Assembly: GCA_040752005.1 (NCBI GenBank)
Contig: JBFMFX010000017.1
Span: 10,871 to 74,870, forward strand
Direction of reading: 5' to 3'
Source: Pseudomonadota bacterium
GTDB taxonomy: Bacteria > Pseudomonadota > Gammaproteobacteria > Burkholderiales > SG8-39
DNA: 64,000 nucleotides
Shown: positions 29,411 through 38,025 of the stretch, in pieces
Layout of the letters: the number at the start of each line of letters is the position of its first letter
Position numbering within the stretch: the first letter of the stretch is position 1
Made by a program: the position numbers and the translations under genes
Notes under the pieces: model-generated
The model's database searches: none
What the model was told of the DNA's origin: nothing
Seen by the model: the letters and a program-made list of their open reading frames with translations, nothing else

Positions 29411-30808
29411 CTAGTGGCCTGCGATGGTCATGCGCTCGATCAGCATGGAGCCGCAACGGTAGGCGCCGCGCACCACCTCGTCGGAGCCGATCGCCACCAC
29501 GCCGCGGAACATGTCCTTGAGGTTTCCGGCGACCGTGATTTCCTCGACCGGATGCACGATCTCGCCGTCCTCGACCCAGTAGCCGGCCGCGCCGCGCGAG
29601 TAGTCTCCGGTGACCAGATTGATGCCGTGGCCGAGCAGCTCGGTGACCAGGAGTCCCCGCCCGAGCTTTTTCAGCATGCCGCGCAGGTCCGGGCCGTCGG
29701 CGATCGCGACCAGATTGTGCGGGCCGCCGGCGTTGCCGGTGCTTTTCATGCCGAGCTTGCGCGCGGAATACGTGCCGAGGAAATAGCCGCGCAGCTCGCC
29801 TTTTTCCACCACCGCGCGCGGCTGCGTCGCGACGCCCTCCTCGTCGTAGGGAGCGCTGGCGAGGCCCTGCGGTTCGTGCGGGCGTTCCTCGATGGTGACG
29901 TTCGGCGCGAACACCCGCTGCCCGAGCGCGTCGGCGAGAAACGACGCCTTGCGGTAGAGGTTTGTGCCGCTTGCGGCGCTGGCGAACGCCGCCAGCAGTC
30001 CGGTGGCCACCGGCGCCTCGAACAGGACCGGCGCCTGGCAGGTCGCGATCTTGCGCGCCCCCAGGCGCGCGAGCGCCCGCTCCCCGGCGTAGCGCCCGAG
30101 CGCCTCCGGGTCGGCGAGCCGCGCCGGGGCGCGCGCGGCGCTGTACCAGTCGTCGCGCTGCATCAGTCCGCCGTCCTCTGCGATGACCGCGAGGGACAGG
30201 CTGTGGCGCGAGCTGGGAAAGCCGTGCATGAAGCCGAGGCTGTTGGCGAGCACGAACTGGCCGTGCTGCGCCGAGACCATCGCGCCCTCCGAATTGCGGA
30301 TCTTCGGCGAGAGCGCGAACGCGGCGCGCTCGATGCGGCGCGCGAGGCGGATCGCCTCGCCGGTTCCGATCGACCACGGATGGAAAAGATCGAGGTCCCG
30401 CGGCGCGCGCGCCAGGGTGTCGGGCTCCGGCGGCCCGGCGCAGTCGTCCACCGCCGTGCGGCGCGCGATCGCGAGCGCCGCCTCCACGGTGCGCTCGATC
30501 GCCGCGGCGGAAAAGTCCGAGGTGCTGGCGTGGCCGCGGCGCGCCGCCGGCCGCTCGCCGAGATAGACCGTGACGCCGATCATCTTGTCGCGATGGTGCT
30601 CGATCGTCTCCACTTCGCCCATGCGCACCGTGACCGAAAGACCGTAGCCCTCGGACACCTCGCACTCGCAGGCGGAAGCGCCACCGCGGCGCGCAGAATC
30701 GAGCACGCGCTCGGCAAGCGCGCGCAGTTGCGCATCGGTATGGCTGAAGCGCACCCCGCCCGCCGCAGGCCGGGCGGGGCGCCGGGAAACGGACGGCACC
30801 ACGCTCAT
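29411..30808 (-). CDS. pmbA: Metalloprotease PmbA (TldE)
   Basis: 465 aa. The PmbA/TldD family pattern runs throughout (EGYGLSVTVRMGEVETIEH...GDYSRGAAGYWVEDGEI). Confidence 0.93.
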   Translation of the reverse strand: MSVVPSVSRRPARPAAGGVRFSHTDAQLRALAERVLDSARRGGASACECEVSEGYGLSVTVRMGEVETIEHHRDKMIGVTVYLGERPAARRGHASTSDFSAAAIERTVEAALAIARRTAVDDCAGPPEPDTLARAPRDLDLFHPWSIGTGEAIRLARRIERAAFALSPKIRNSEGAMVSAQHGQFVLANSLGFMHGFPSSRHSLSLAVIAEDGGLMQRDDWYSAARAPARLADPEALGRYAGERALARLGARKIATCQAPVLFEAPVATGLLAAFASAASGTNLYRKASFLADALGQRVFAPNVTIEERPHEPQGLASAPYDEEGVATQPRAVVEKGELRGYFLGTYSARKLGMKSTGNAGGPHNLVAIADGPDLRGMLKKLGRGLLVTELLGHGINLVTGDYSRGAAGYWVEDGEIVHPVEEITVAGNLKDMFRGVVAIGSDEVVRGAYRCGSMLIERMTIAGH

Positions 30809-30815
30809 CGCGCGC

Positions 30816-30822
30816 TATCATA
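30816..30822. promoter_or_regulatory. Back-to-back -10-like elements (TATCAT on plus, TATGAT on minus) in the 22-bp pmbA/darP intergenic region
   Basis: The plus strand reads TATCAT-9 nt-ATG(darP). The minus strand reads TATGAT-8 nt-ATG(pmbA). Confidence 0.35.
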
Positions 30823-30830
30823 ACAGCGCG

Positions 30831-31316
30831 ATGCAGCCCGAATTCCCCAGCAAGACGCAGCGCAAGCGCGCGATGACGGAGCTGCAGGCGCTCGGTGCGG
30901 CGCTGCTCGAGCTGCCTCCTGCGCGCGTGCAGGCGCTCGCGCTGCCCGAGCCGCTCGCCGAGGCGCTCGCCGAGGCGCGCCGCATCGCCAGCCGCGAGGC
31001 GCGCCGCAGACAGATCCAGTTCATCGGCCGGCTGATGCGCGCGGTGGACCCGGAGCCGATCCGCGCGGCGCTCGCCGAGGCCGAAGGCCGCTCGGCGGCG
31101 GCGCGGGCGCGCCAGCGCCAGCTCGAGCGCTGGCGCGAACGCCTGATCGCCGATGACGCCGCGCTCACCGAATTCGCTCGCGCCCACCCGGCGGCCGAGC
31201 TTCAGGCGCTGCGCGCGGCGATCCGCAACGCGCGCAAGGAGATCGCCGGCGGTCATCCGCCGCGCGCACAGCGCGCGCTTTATCGCCTCATCCGGGAAGC
31301 GGTCGGCGAGTCGTGA
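30831..31316 (+). CDS. darP: Ribosome-associated protein DarP/YjgA (DUF615)
   Basis: SKTQRKRAMTELQALGAALLELP...RRRQIQFIGRLMR is present. The gene is divergent from pmbA, as in E. coli. Confidence 0.88.
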   Translation: MQPEFPSKTQRKRAMTELQALGAALLELPPARVQALALPEPLAEALAEARRIASREARRRQIQFIGRLMRAVDPEPIRAALAEAEGRSAAARARQRQLERWRERLIADDAALTEFARAHPAAELQALRAAIRNARKEIAGGHPPRAQRALYRLIREAVGES

Positions 31317-31546
31317 TCGAGACCGAGTTCCTCCGCCGGATCCGCATCACGCTCGAGCCGGCGCGCGAGCTGGGGCACGGGCCGCTCGGCCGGCGCCGCG
31401 TCATCGGCATCACCGGCGGCGAATTCGAGGGCCCGCGCTTCTCGGGCCGGGTGCTCGCGGGCGGAGCCGACTGGCAGCTTGTGCGCACCGACGGCGTGGC
31501 GTACCTGAATGCGCGCGACATCCAGGATTTCTGCCTCGTGCGATGA
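31313..31546 (+). pseudogene. Truncated DUF3237-family ORF (N-terminal half only)
   Basis: GRRRVIGITGGEFEGPRFSGRVLAGGADWQLVRTDGVAYLNAR matches the first half of the roughly 150-aa DUF3237 proteins. The ORF then ends after 77 aa, exactly where mog starts. Confidence 0.5.
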
Positions 31547-32133
31547 GCGGGGAGCTTCGCGTCGGACTGGTATCGGTGAGCGACCGCGCCTCGCGCGGCG
31601 TGTATCGCGACGAGGGGCTGCCGGCGCTGAAGGACTGGCTCGGCCGGGCGATCCGCTCGCCGGCGGTGCGTTATGAGGAACGGCTGATTCCGGACGAGCA
31701 GTCGCTCATCGAGGCCGCGCTGGTCGAGCTGGTGGATGCGAGAGGCTGCCACCTCGTGCTCACCACCGGCGGCACCGGACCCGCGCCGCGCGACGTCACG
31801 CCCGAGGCGACCCTCGCGGTCGCCGACAAGGTGATGCCGGGATTCGGCGAGCAGATGCGCCGCATCAGCCTGGAGTTCGTGCCGACCGCGATCCTGTCGC
31901 GCCAGGTCGCCGTGATCCGCAAGGGCTGCCTGATCGTCAACCTGCCGGGTCAGCCCAAGTCCATCCGTGAGACGCTTGAAGGTCTCAAGGACGCGAGCGG
32001 CAAGCCGATCGTTCCGGGCATCTTCGCCGCCATCCCCTACTGCATCGACCTGATCGGCGGCCCCTACGTCGAAACCGACGAAGCGGTGATCAAGGCATTT
32101 CGCCCGAAGTCGGCCGTGCGGCCGAAGGCATAG
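31543..32133 (+). CDS. mog: Molybdopterin adenylyltransferase MogA
   Basis: LRVGLVSVSDRASRGVYRDEG...LVLTTGGTGPAPRDVTPEAT is present. The start is trimmed from ORF 31153..32133, with an ATGA overlap to the upstream ORF. Confidence 0.9.
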   Translation: MSGELRVGLVSVSDRASRGVYRDEGLPALKDWLGRAIRSPAVRYEERLIPDEQSLIEAALVELVDARGCHLVLTTGGTGPAPRDVTPEATLAVADKVMPGFGEQMRRISLEFVPTAILSRQVAVIRKGCLIVNLPGQPKSIRETLEGLKDASGKPIVPGIFAAIPYCIDLIGGPYVETDEAVIKAFRPKSAVRPKA

Positions 32134-32138
32134 CGGGC

Positions 32139-32792
32139 GTGCTGGCGACGATCGAGGTCGAAACCGGCGCGCGCCCCGACGCCGCCGTCATCTGGATGCA
32201 TGGCCTGGGCGCCGACGGTCATGACTTCGAGCCGGTCGTGCCCGAGCTGCGCCTGCCGCAGGGGCTGCGCGTGCGCTTCGTGTTTCCCCACGCGCCCATC
32301 CGCCCGGTGACGATCAACGCCGGCATGCGCATGCGGGCGTGGTACGACGTCTTCCAGCTTGGCGGCGGTGCCGAAGACGAAGCCGGCATCCGCGCCTCGC
32401 AGGCCGAGGTGGAGAAACTGATCGAGCGCGAGACGCAACGCGGCGTCCGGCCCGGCCGGATCGTGCTCGCCGGCTTCTCTCAGGGCGGGGCGATGGCGCT
32501 GCATACCGGCCTGCGCCATCCGGAACCGCTCGCCGGAATCGTTGCGCTTTCGACCTGGCTGCCGCTCGCGGCGAGGCTGCCGGCCGAGCGCCACGCGGCG
32601 AACGCCGCCGCGCCGATCTTCATGGCGCACGGCACGGAAGATCCCATGGTGCCGCTCGCGCTCGCGCAGGCCTCGCGCGCGGCGCTGGAGCGTCTGGGGT
32701 ACGCCGTCGAGTGGCATCAGTACCCGATGCCCCATTCGGTCTGCGGCGAGGAAATCGCCGATATCGCCGCGTTCCTCGTCAGGATTCTCTGA
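32139..32792 (+). CDS. Phospholipase/carboxylesterase-family alpha/beta hydrolase
   Basis: VIWMHGLGADGHDF, GFSQGGAM (nucleophile elbow) and HGTEDPMVP...MPHS are present. Confidence 0.85.
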   Translation: MLATIEVETGARPDAAVIWMHGLGADGHDFEPVVPELRLPQGLRVRFVFPHAPIRPVTINAGMRMRAWYDVFQLGGGAEDEAGIRASQAEVEKLIERETQRGVRPGRIVLAGFSQGGAMALHTGLRHPEPLAGIVALSTWLPLAARLPAERHAANAAAPIFMAHGTEDPMVPLALAQASRAALERLGYAVEWHQYPMPHSVCGEEIADIAAFLVRIL

Positions 32793-34281
32793 CCATTTCC
32801 CGATAGCGGCCGATGTCGTAGTCCTCGCCGCGCTCGGCGAGGCCCTGCGGGATGTACACGCGCGTGCGCTCGCCTTCCCGCACCTCCAGGTTCTGCAGCG
32901 GCGCGTAGATCCCGGGCTTGAGCAGGATGCGCACCTCTGCCGCGCCGGCGTCGCGCATCAGCACACCCTCCTCGAGCGCGCCGCTCACCTCGAAGCGCCG
33001 CACCTCGGCCGAGCGCGCCAGCGTCTGGATTCCGACGCGCGCCTCGCGCGGGGTGGTCTTGTTCACCCGGCGCACGATCCCGAGCACCCAGTTCGTGCCA
33101 CCTTCTCCCTGAAGCGCGACGAGCGTTCCGACGCGCAGCCAGTCGCCCTTCAACTGCGGCACCACCGCACCGAAGCCCCCGGCGCTCACGTTCTCCACCA
33201 CCCAGCTCTCGGTGCCTTCGGCGCTGGAGCCGAGGCCGCCGGCAGCGCCCATCGCACCGAGTGCGCCCTCGTAGCCGTGCGCGACGAACACGCGCGATTT
33301 GACCGCGTGGCGCTGCGACTTGCGCTCCGGCGGCTGCGGCGACCACGCCCGCACCAGATGACGCAGCACGCCGAGCACCGATTCCGGGTCCACGCCCGTG
33401 ACGGCGGCGAGTTCCGAGGGCACCTGCCCGCGGGTGTACACGCGCTCCACGAGGGCCTCGGCTTCGGCGAGCGCGGCGCCGGCGCCGAACCAGCGTGCGG
33501 CCGGCGCCGCCTGCGCGCCACGGGCGCTGCGCTGCGGAGCCATCGGCCGGGAGAGGTCAATCCACCAGCCGAGCTCCGGGGCGGGCGCGGGCGCGATCGC
33601 GAAGCTCGGAGCGAAGTGTGCGATGAGGCGCTCGGCGAGGTCGGCCTCGGCCGGCAGCAGGCAATCGGGGCTCGCCGCGCTGAACATCGCACCCTTGAGA
33701 AATTCAAGCTGCGGCGAGGATTCGCCCGGCACGCCCGGATAGGCCGGCACGCGCGCCTGCGCGAGCTGGCGCGCCTCTGCAAAGGCGTACACACCGTTGA
33801 ACACCGCCCAGACGGCCGGATCAATCGGGCCATAGCGCAGGTGCATCCACTTGATCTGCTGCGCAAGGCTCCTCAGGGTCCGCACGAGGAGCGCCGGAAG
33901 CGAGGCGCGCGCCTGCTCGGCGCCCTTGGCGCCCTGCACGAACAGATCCACGGCTTTCGCCAGCGACAGGCCCGCCTGCCGGTAATAGCCGTGCACCGCG
34001 CTCCAGAGCCGGTTCTCCTGAAAGCGGGACGGCCGCTCCGCGGCAAAGTAGTCTCGGGCGAGTCTGCGCAGGCGCGGCTGCGCCGCCTCGTCTACCGCGA
34101 AGAGCGCCTGAATGCGGGCTTCGGGACGGAACTGTCCGGCGGCCGTCACCGACTCCAGCCAGTGCGTCAGCTCCTCCAGCGCCTTGAATGGGTCCTGAGC
34201 CGGAAGCTCGCCGAGGATCCGGCGCGCCTCCTTCGGATCGGCGAGGGGATGGTCGGGCTTGCCGCCAAACAGACGAAGCAT
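32779..34281 (-). CDS. PilZ-domain protein with a large uncharacterised N-terminal region
   Basis: The C-terminus carries RKSQR ... ENVSAGGFG, which fits RxxxR / (D/N)xSxxG. The start is set at MLRLFGGKP with GGAGG 5 nt upstream. Confidence 0.7.
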   Translation of the reverse strand: MLRLFGGKPDHPLADPKEARRILGELPAQDPFKALEELTHWLESVTAAGQFRPEARIQALFAVDEAAQPRLRRLARDYFAAERPSRFQENRLWSAVHGYYRQAGLSLAKAVDLFVQGAKGAEQARASLPALLVRTLRSLAQQIKWMHLRYGPIDPAVWAVFNGVYAFAEARQLAQARVPAYPGVPGESSPQLEFLKGAMFSAASPDCLLPAEADLAERLIAHFAPSFAIAPAPAPELGWWIDLSRPMAPQRSARGAQAAPAARWFGAGAALAEAEALVERVYTRGQVPSELAAVTGVDPESVLGVLRHLVRAWSPQPPERKSQRHAVKSRVFVAHGYEGALGAMGAAGGLGSSAEGTESWVVENVSAGGFGAVVPQLKGDWLRVGTLVALQGEGGTNWVLGIVRRVNKTTPREARVGIQTLARSAEVRRFEVSGALEEGVLMRDAGAAEVRILLKPGIYAPLQNLEVREGERTRVYIPQGLAERGEDYDIGRYREMVRES

Positions 34282-34313
34282 TGCCTCCGCTCCTCGTGGA
34301 GCCGCATCATGCA

Positions 34314-35627
34314 ATGTCCGGCAGGCTTTATCAATCCGTCCGGCCCCGGCACAATTCGGCGAGCGTCGTGGAGCCCCTGCGCTTTCTGATCGTGAGCGAT
34401 TCGCGCGACGAATGCGCCGCGCTCGCGCGCATGCTCGCGGCGCGCTGGCCGCAGGCCGCGATCGAGCACTGGGCGCCGATCGAGCGCGGCGGGTTGCCGG
34501 GCGATCGGCTCGCAGGCTGGAGCGCCATCCTGCTCGACGCGGGTCCGGGGCGGGAGGCGCCGCTCGCGTGGCTTTCGCGCCTGCGCCAGACCGCCGATCC
34601 CCCGCCGGTGCTCTTGCTCACCGCGCCCGGCAGCGAGATCGGGGCCGAGCAGGCGAGCCGAGCTGGGGTGGCGGACCTCCTCCACTGGGCAGGGCTCGAA
34701 CCGCGGCAGCTCGCGCGCGCCGTCGGGGACGCGCTTGCCGAGCGCGAGGCGCGGCGCGCCGAGCAGACGGGCGCCGACCCGCCGTGGCTTCGCACGACGC
34801 GCTGGGAACCGGCACGCATCGGCGCGCCGCTCGACGACGCTGCGCGCGAAGTGCCCGGCTACCGCCTGTTGCGCAAGATCGGCGAGGGCGGAATGGGGCA
34901 GGTGTATCTTGCCGAGCGCGTGCACGACGGCCTGCAATTGGTGCTCAAGCTGCTCGGGCCCGCGCTGCGCGGCGATCCCGTCTTCCTGCAGAGGTTCGTG
35001 CGCGAGTACAAACTGATCGCGGCAATCGCCGACGAGCATGTGGCGCGCATCTACGACCAGGGCTTCGCCGGCGTGCAGCCCTACCTCGCCATGGAGTTTC
35101 TTGCCGGCGGCACGCTCGCGGCGCGCATCCATGAGGGCATGACTTCGCTCGCGGCGCTGCGGCTCGCCGGCGGAATCGCGCGCGCGCTGGACGCGATCCA
35201 CCGGCACGGCATCGTGCATCGCGACCTCAAGCCCCAGAACATCATGTTCCGGGCCGGCGGCGCGCGTCCGGTGATCGTGGATTTCGGGCTGGCGCGCGAG
35301 CTCCACGGCGACTCGACGCTCACGCGGCACGGGCCGCTGCTCGCCACGCCGCGCTACATGAGCCCGGAGCAGTGCCTCGGCGAGCCGGTGGACGCGCGCT
35401 CCGACCTCTACAGCCTCGGCGTCATCTTCTACGAAATGCTGACCGGCCAGAAGCTGTTCGGGGACGCCTCCCCGGCCGACCTGATGCTCGCGCACGTGCG
35501 CGGCGAGGTGCCGCGGCTGCCGCCGCGCCTTGCCGGCTACCAGCCGGTGCTCGATCGCCTGCTCGCCAGGGATCCCGAGCGGCGGTTCCAGAGCGCACGC
35601 GAGCTTTTCGCTACCATCGCGATATGA
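34314..35627 (+). CDS. Hanks-type Ser/Thr protein kinase with N-terminal receiver-like domain
   Basis: [28 protein letters not shown] and SPE motifs are present. The N-terminus (LRFLIVSD...AILLDAG...VLLLTAPG) is REC-like. The start is uncertain: ATG 34314 or GTG at about 34369. Confidence 0.85.
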   Translation: MSGRLYQSVRPRHNSASVVEPLRFLIVSDSRDECAALARMLAARWPQAAIEHWAPIERGGLPGDRLAGWSAILLDAGPGREAPLAWLSRLRQTADPPPVLLLTAPGSEIGAEQASRAGVADLLHWAGLEPRQLARAVGDALAEREARRAEQTGADPPWLRTTRWEPARIGAPLDDAAREVPGYRLLRKIGEGGMGQVYLAERVHDGLQLVLKLLGPALRGDPVFLQRFVREYKLIAAIADEHVARIYDQGFAGVQPYLAMEFLAGGTLAARIHEGMTSLAALRLAGGIARALDAIHRHGIVHRDLKPQNIMFRAGGARPVIVDFGLARELHGDSTLTRHGPLLATPRYMSPEQCLGEPVDARSDLYSLGVIFYEMLTGQKLFGDASPADLMLAHVRGEVPRLPPRLAGYQPVLDRLLARDPERRFQSARELFATIAI

Positions 35628-36436
35628 GCGCCAACCGCGAAGAGCAGCAGTACCTGGACCTGCTCGCCGAGGTGATGGCGAGCGGCGCGCGCAAGCCCGA
35701 CCGCACCGGCACCGGCACGCTGTCGGTGTTCGGCCGGCAGATGCGCTTCGGCCTCGACGGGCGCTTTCCGCTGCTCACCACGAAGAAGCTGCATTTCAAG
35801 TCCATCGCGTACGAGCTGCTGTGGTTCCTGCGCGGCGACACCAACGTGCGCTGGCTGCAGGAGCGCGGGGTCACGATCTGGGACGAATGGGCGGACGCGA
35901 ACGGCGAGCTGGGGCCGGTCTACGGCTACCAGTGGCGCCACTGGCGCACCCCCGACGGGCGCGAGATTGACCAGATCCGCGACGTCGTCGAGGCGATCCG
36001 GCGCGACCCGCATTCGCGTCGCCACGTCGTCTCGGCCTGGAACCCGGCCGACATCGGCCGCATGGCGCTGCCGCCGTGCCATGCGCTGTTCCAGTTCTAC
36101 GCCGCCGAGGGGCGACTGTCCTGCCAGATGTACCAGAGGAGCGCAGACCTGTTTCTCGGCGTGCCGTTCAACATCGCCTCCTATGCCTTGCTCACCCTGA
36201 TGGTCGCGCAGGTCACCAGCCTTGCTGCGGGCGAGTTCATTCTGACGCTGGGCGACGCGCACCTGTACCTCAACCACCTCGAGCAGGCGCGCGAGCAGCT
36301 CACGCGCGCGCCGCGCCCGTTTCCGCGCATGCGGCTGAACCCGGAGGTGCGCGACCTGTTCGCCTTCCGCTACGAGGACTTCACGCTCGAAGGCTACGAC
36401 CCGCACCCGGCGATCCGGGCGCCGATCGCGGTCTGA
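35624..36436 (+). CDS. thyA: Thymidylate synthase
   Basis: [23 protein letters not shown] (catalytic Cys) and DAHLYLNH are present. The ATG overlaps the kinase stop (ATGA). Confidence 0.97.
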   Translation: MSANREEQQYLDLLAEVMASGARKPDRTGTGTLSVFGRQMRFGLDGRFPLLTTKKLHFKSIAYELLWFLRGDTNVRWLQERGVTIWDEWADANGELGPVYGYQWRHWRTPDGREIDQIRDVVEAIRRDPHSRRHVVSAWNPADIGRMALPPCHALFQFYAAEGRLSCQMYQRSADLFLGVPFNIASYALLTLMVAQVTSLAAGEFILTLGDAHLYLNHLEQAREQLTRAPRPFPRMRLNPEVRDLFAFRYEDFTLEGYDPHPAIRAPIAV

Positions 36437-36439
36437 GCG

Positions 36440-37450
36440 CTATGGGCGGCGGGGCTCCGCGGACGCCGTCCTCCCCGCCGGGCGCGGCTTGAACGTCGCC
36501 GGCGCGAGCGCGTGGCGCGCGAGCAGCCGATAGAACTCGGTGCGGTTGCGCCCGGCCAGGCGCGCGGCGCGAGTGACGTTGCCGGAGGTGATCCTCAGCA
36601 CACGCTCGAGGTAGTCGCGCTCGAAGGCGCGGCGCGCCTCGTCGAGCGGGACGAACCGGGGCGCCGCGCCGAGCGCCTCCTCCACCATCGCGCGCGTGAT
36701 CGGACCGGCGGCGGCCATCGCCACGAGCTGCTCGACGAACGCGAACAGCTGGCGCACGTTGCCCGGCCAAGACGCGGCGATCAGCGGCTCGAGCGCATCG
36801 TCGCCGATCTCCGGTCGCGCACCCCGGTACCGTGCGCCGAGCCGCGCAAGCGCGTGCGCGACGAGCAGCGGGATGTCTTCGCGCCGCTCGTCAAGCGGCG
36901 GAACGACGAGCCGGATCACTCCGAGGCGGAAGAAAAGATCCTCGCGAAAGGCGCCGGCGGCGACCCGCTCCTCGAGCGGCTCGCGCGTGCCGGCGATGAG
37001 ACGCGCGCCGCCGGGCCCCGGCGCGCGCTCTTCGAGCGCCTCCAGCAGGCCTGCCTGCAGTGGCGGCGAAAGCTCGCTCACGCCATCGAGATAGAGCGTG
37101 CCCCCGGTCGCGGCCGGCGCCGACGCGGGCCGCGCCTCGCCCTCGCCCGGCGATCCGAGCATCGCCCGCCGGATCTCCGCCTCCACGGCCTGCGAGCAGC
37201 GCGTGACGACGAAGGGGCCCGCCGCGCGAGGGCTCGCGCGATGGATCGCGCGCGCCACGGTCTTCTTGCCGGCGCCGGCCGGGCCGACGATGCACACCGC
37301 GGTATCCGAGGCGGCGGCGCGCCGCGCCTGCGCCAGCACCGTCTCCATCGCTTGCGAGCGCGCCACGATGTGCGCGCGCCACGAGGCCGCTTCGCTCTGC
37401 GGCTCGTCTGCGACGCGCGCCGCTTCGGTCAGGTTGGAGATCGAGACCAT
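36440..37450 (-). CDS. Sigma-54-activator-like AAA+ transcriptional regulator, degenerate (no GAFTGA, Walker B Glu replaced)
   Basis: GPAGAGKK, GGTLYLDGVSEL, FREDLFFRL, WPGNVRQL and a Fis-type HTH (NVTRAARLAGRNRTEFYRLL) are present. There is no receiver or sensor domain. The start is trimmed to MVSISNL. Confidence 0.8.
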   Translation of the reverse strand: MVSISNLTEAARVADEPQSEAASWRAHIVARSQAMETVLAQARRAAASDTAVCIVGPAGAGKKTVARAIHRASPRAAGPFVVTRCSQAVEAEIRRAMLGSPGEGEARPASAPAATGGTLYLDGVSELSPPLQAGLLEALEERAPGPGGARLIAGTREPLEERVAAGAFREDLFFRLGVIRLVVPPLDERREDIPLLVAHALARLGARYRGARPEIGDDALEPLIAASWPGNVRQLFAFVEQLVAMAAAGPITRAMVEEALGAAPRFVPLDEARRAFERDYLERVLRITSGNVTRAARLAGRNRTEFYRLLARHALAPATFKPRPAGRTASAEPRRP

Positions 37451-37461
37451 CTTCGCCCCTC

Positions 37462-37467
37462 TATAAT
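37462..37467 (+). promoter_or_regulatory. Consensus -10 TATAAT 30 nt upstream of folA
   Basis: The context cTATAATcggcgca is read directly. No convincing -35 was found. Confidence 0.4.
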
Positions 37468-37497
37468 CGGCGCAAAGATCCGTCAGGACCAGGACGT

Positions 37498-38025
37498 ATG
37501 TCACAGAATGCTCGCACCCCGGCGCCGTCGGTCGCCCCGAACGAGCCGCGCATCTACCTGGTCGCCGCGGTGGCGGCGAACGGTGTGATCGGCGCCGGTG
37601 GGCGGATTCCCTGGCATCTGCCGGAGGATCTGAAGCACTTTCGCACGCTCACGCTCGGGCATCCGGTGATCATGGGCCGCCGGACCTGGGAGTCACTCGG
37701 CAAGCCGCTGCCCGGACGCGAAAACATCGTGGTCACGCGCCGGCGCGGCTACGAGGCACCCGGTGCGTGCGTCGCCGCCTCGCTGGAGGCGGCGCTCGCG
37801 CTGTGTCGCGGCGAGCCGGTGGTGTTCGTGATCGGGGGAGCGGAACTCTACGCAGCGGCGTTGCCGCTCGCGCACGGAATGGTGATGACCGAGATCCACC
37901 GCGACTACGAGGGCGACGTCCGGTTCCCGGAGTGGGACCGCACCCGTTGGCGCGAGACTCAGCGAAAGCCGCAGACCAGCGCCGACGGCCTGCGGTTCGA
38001 TTTCGTGCTCTACGAGCGGGTCTAG
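37498..38025 (+). CDS. folA: Dihydrofolate reductase
   Basis: IYLVAAVAANGVIGAGGRIPWHLPEDLKHFRTLTLGHPVIMGRRTWESL is present. Confidence 0.95.
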   Translation: MSQNARTPAPSVAPNEPRIYLVAAVAANGVIGAGGRIPWHLPEDLKHFRTLTLGHPVIMGRRTWESLGKPLPGRENIVVTRRRGYEAPGACVAASLEAALALCRGEPVVFVIGGAELYAAALPLAHGMVMTEIHRDYEGDVRFPEWDRTRWRETQRKPQTSADGLRFDFVLYERV

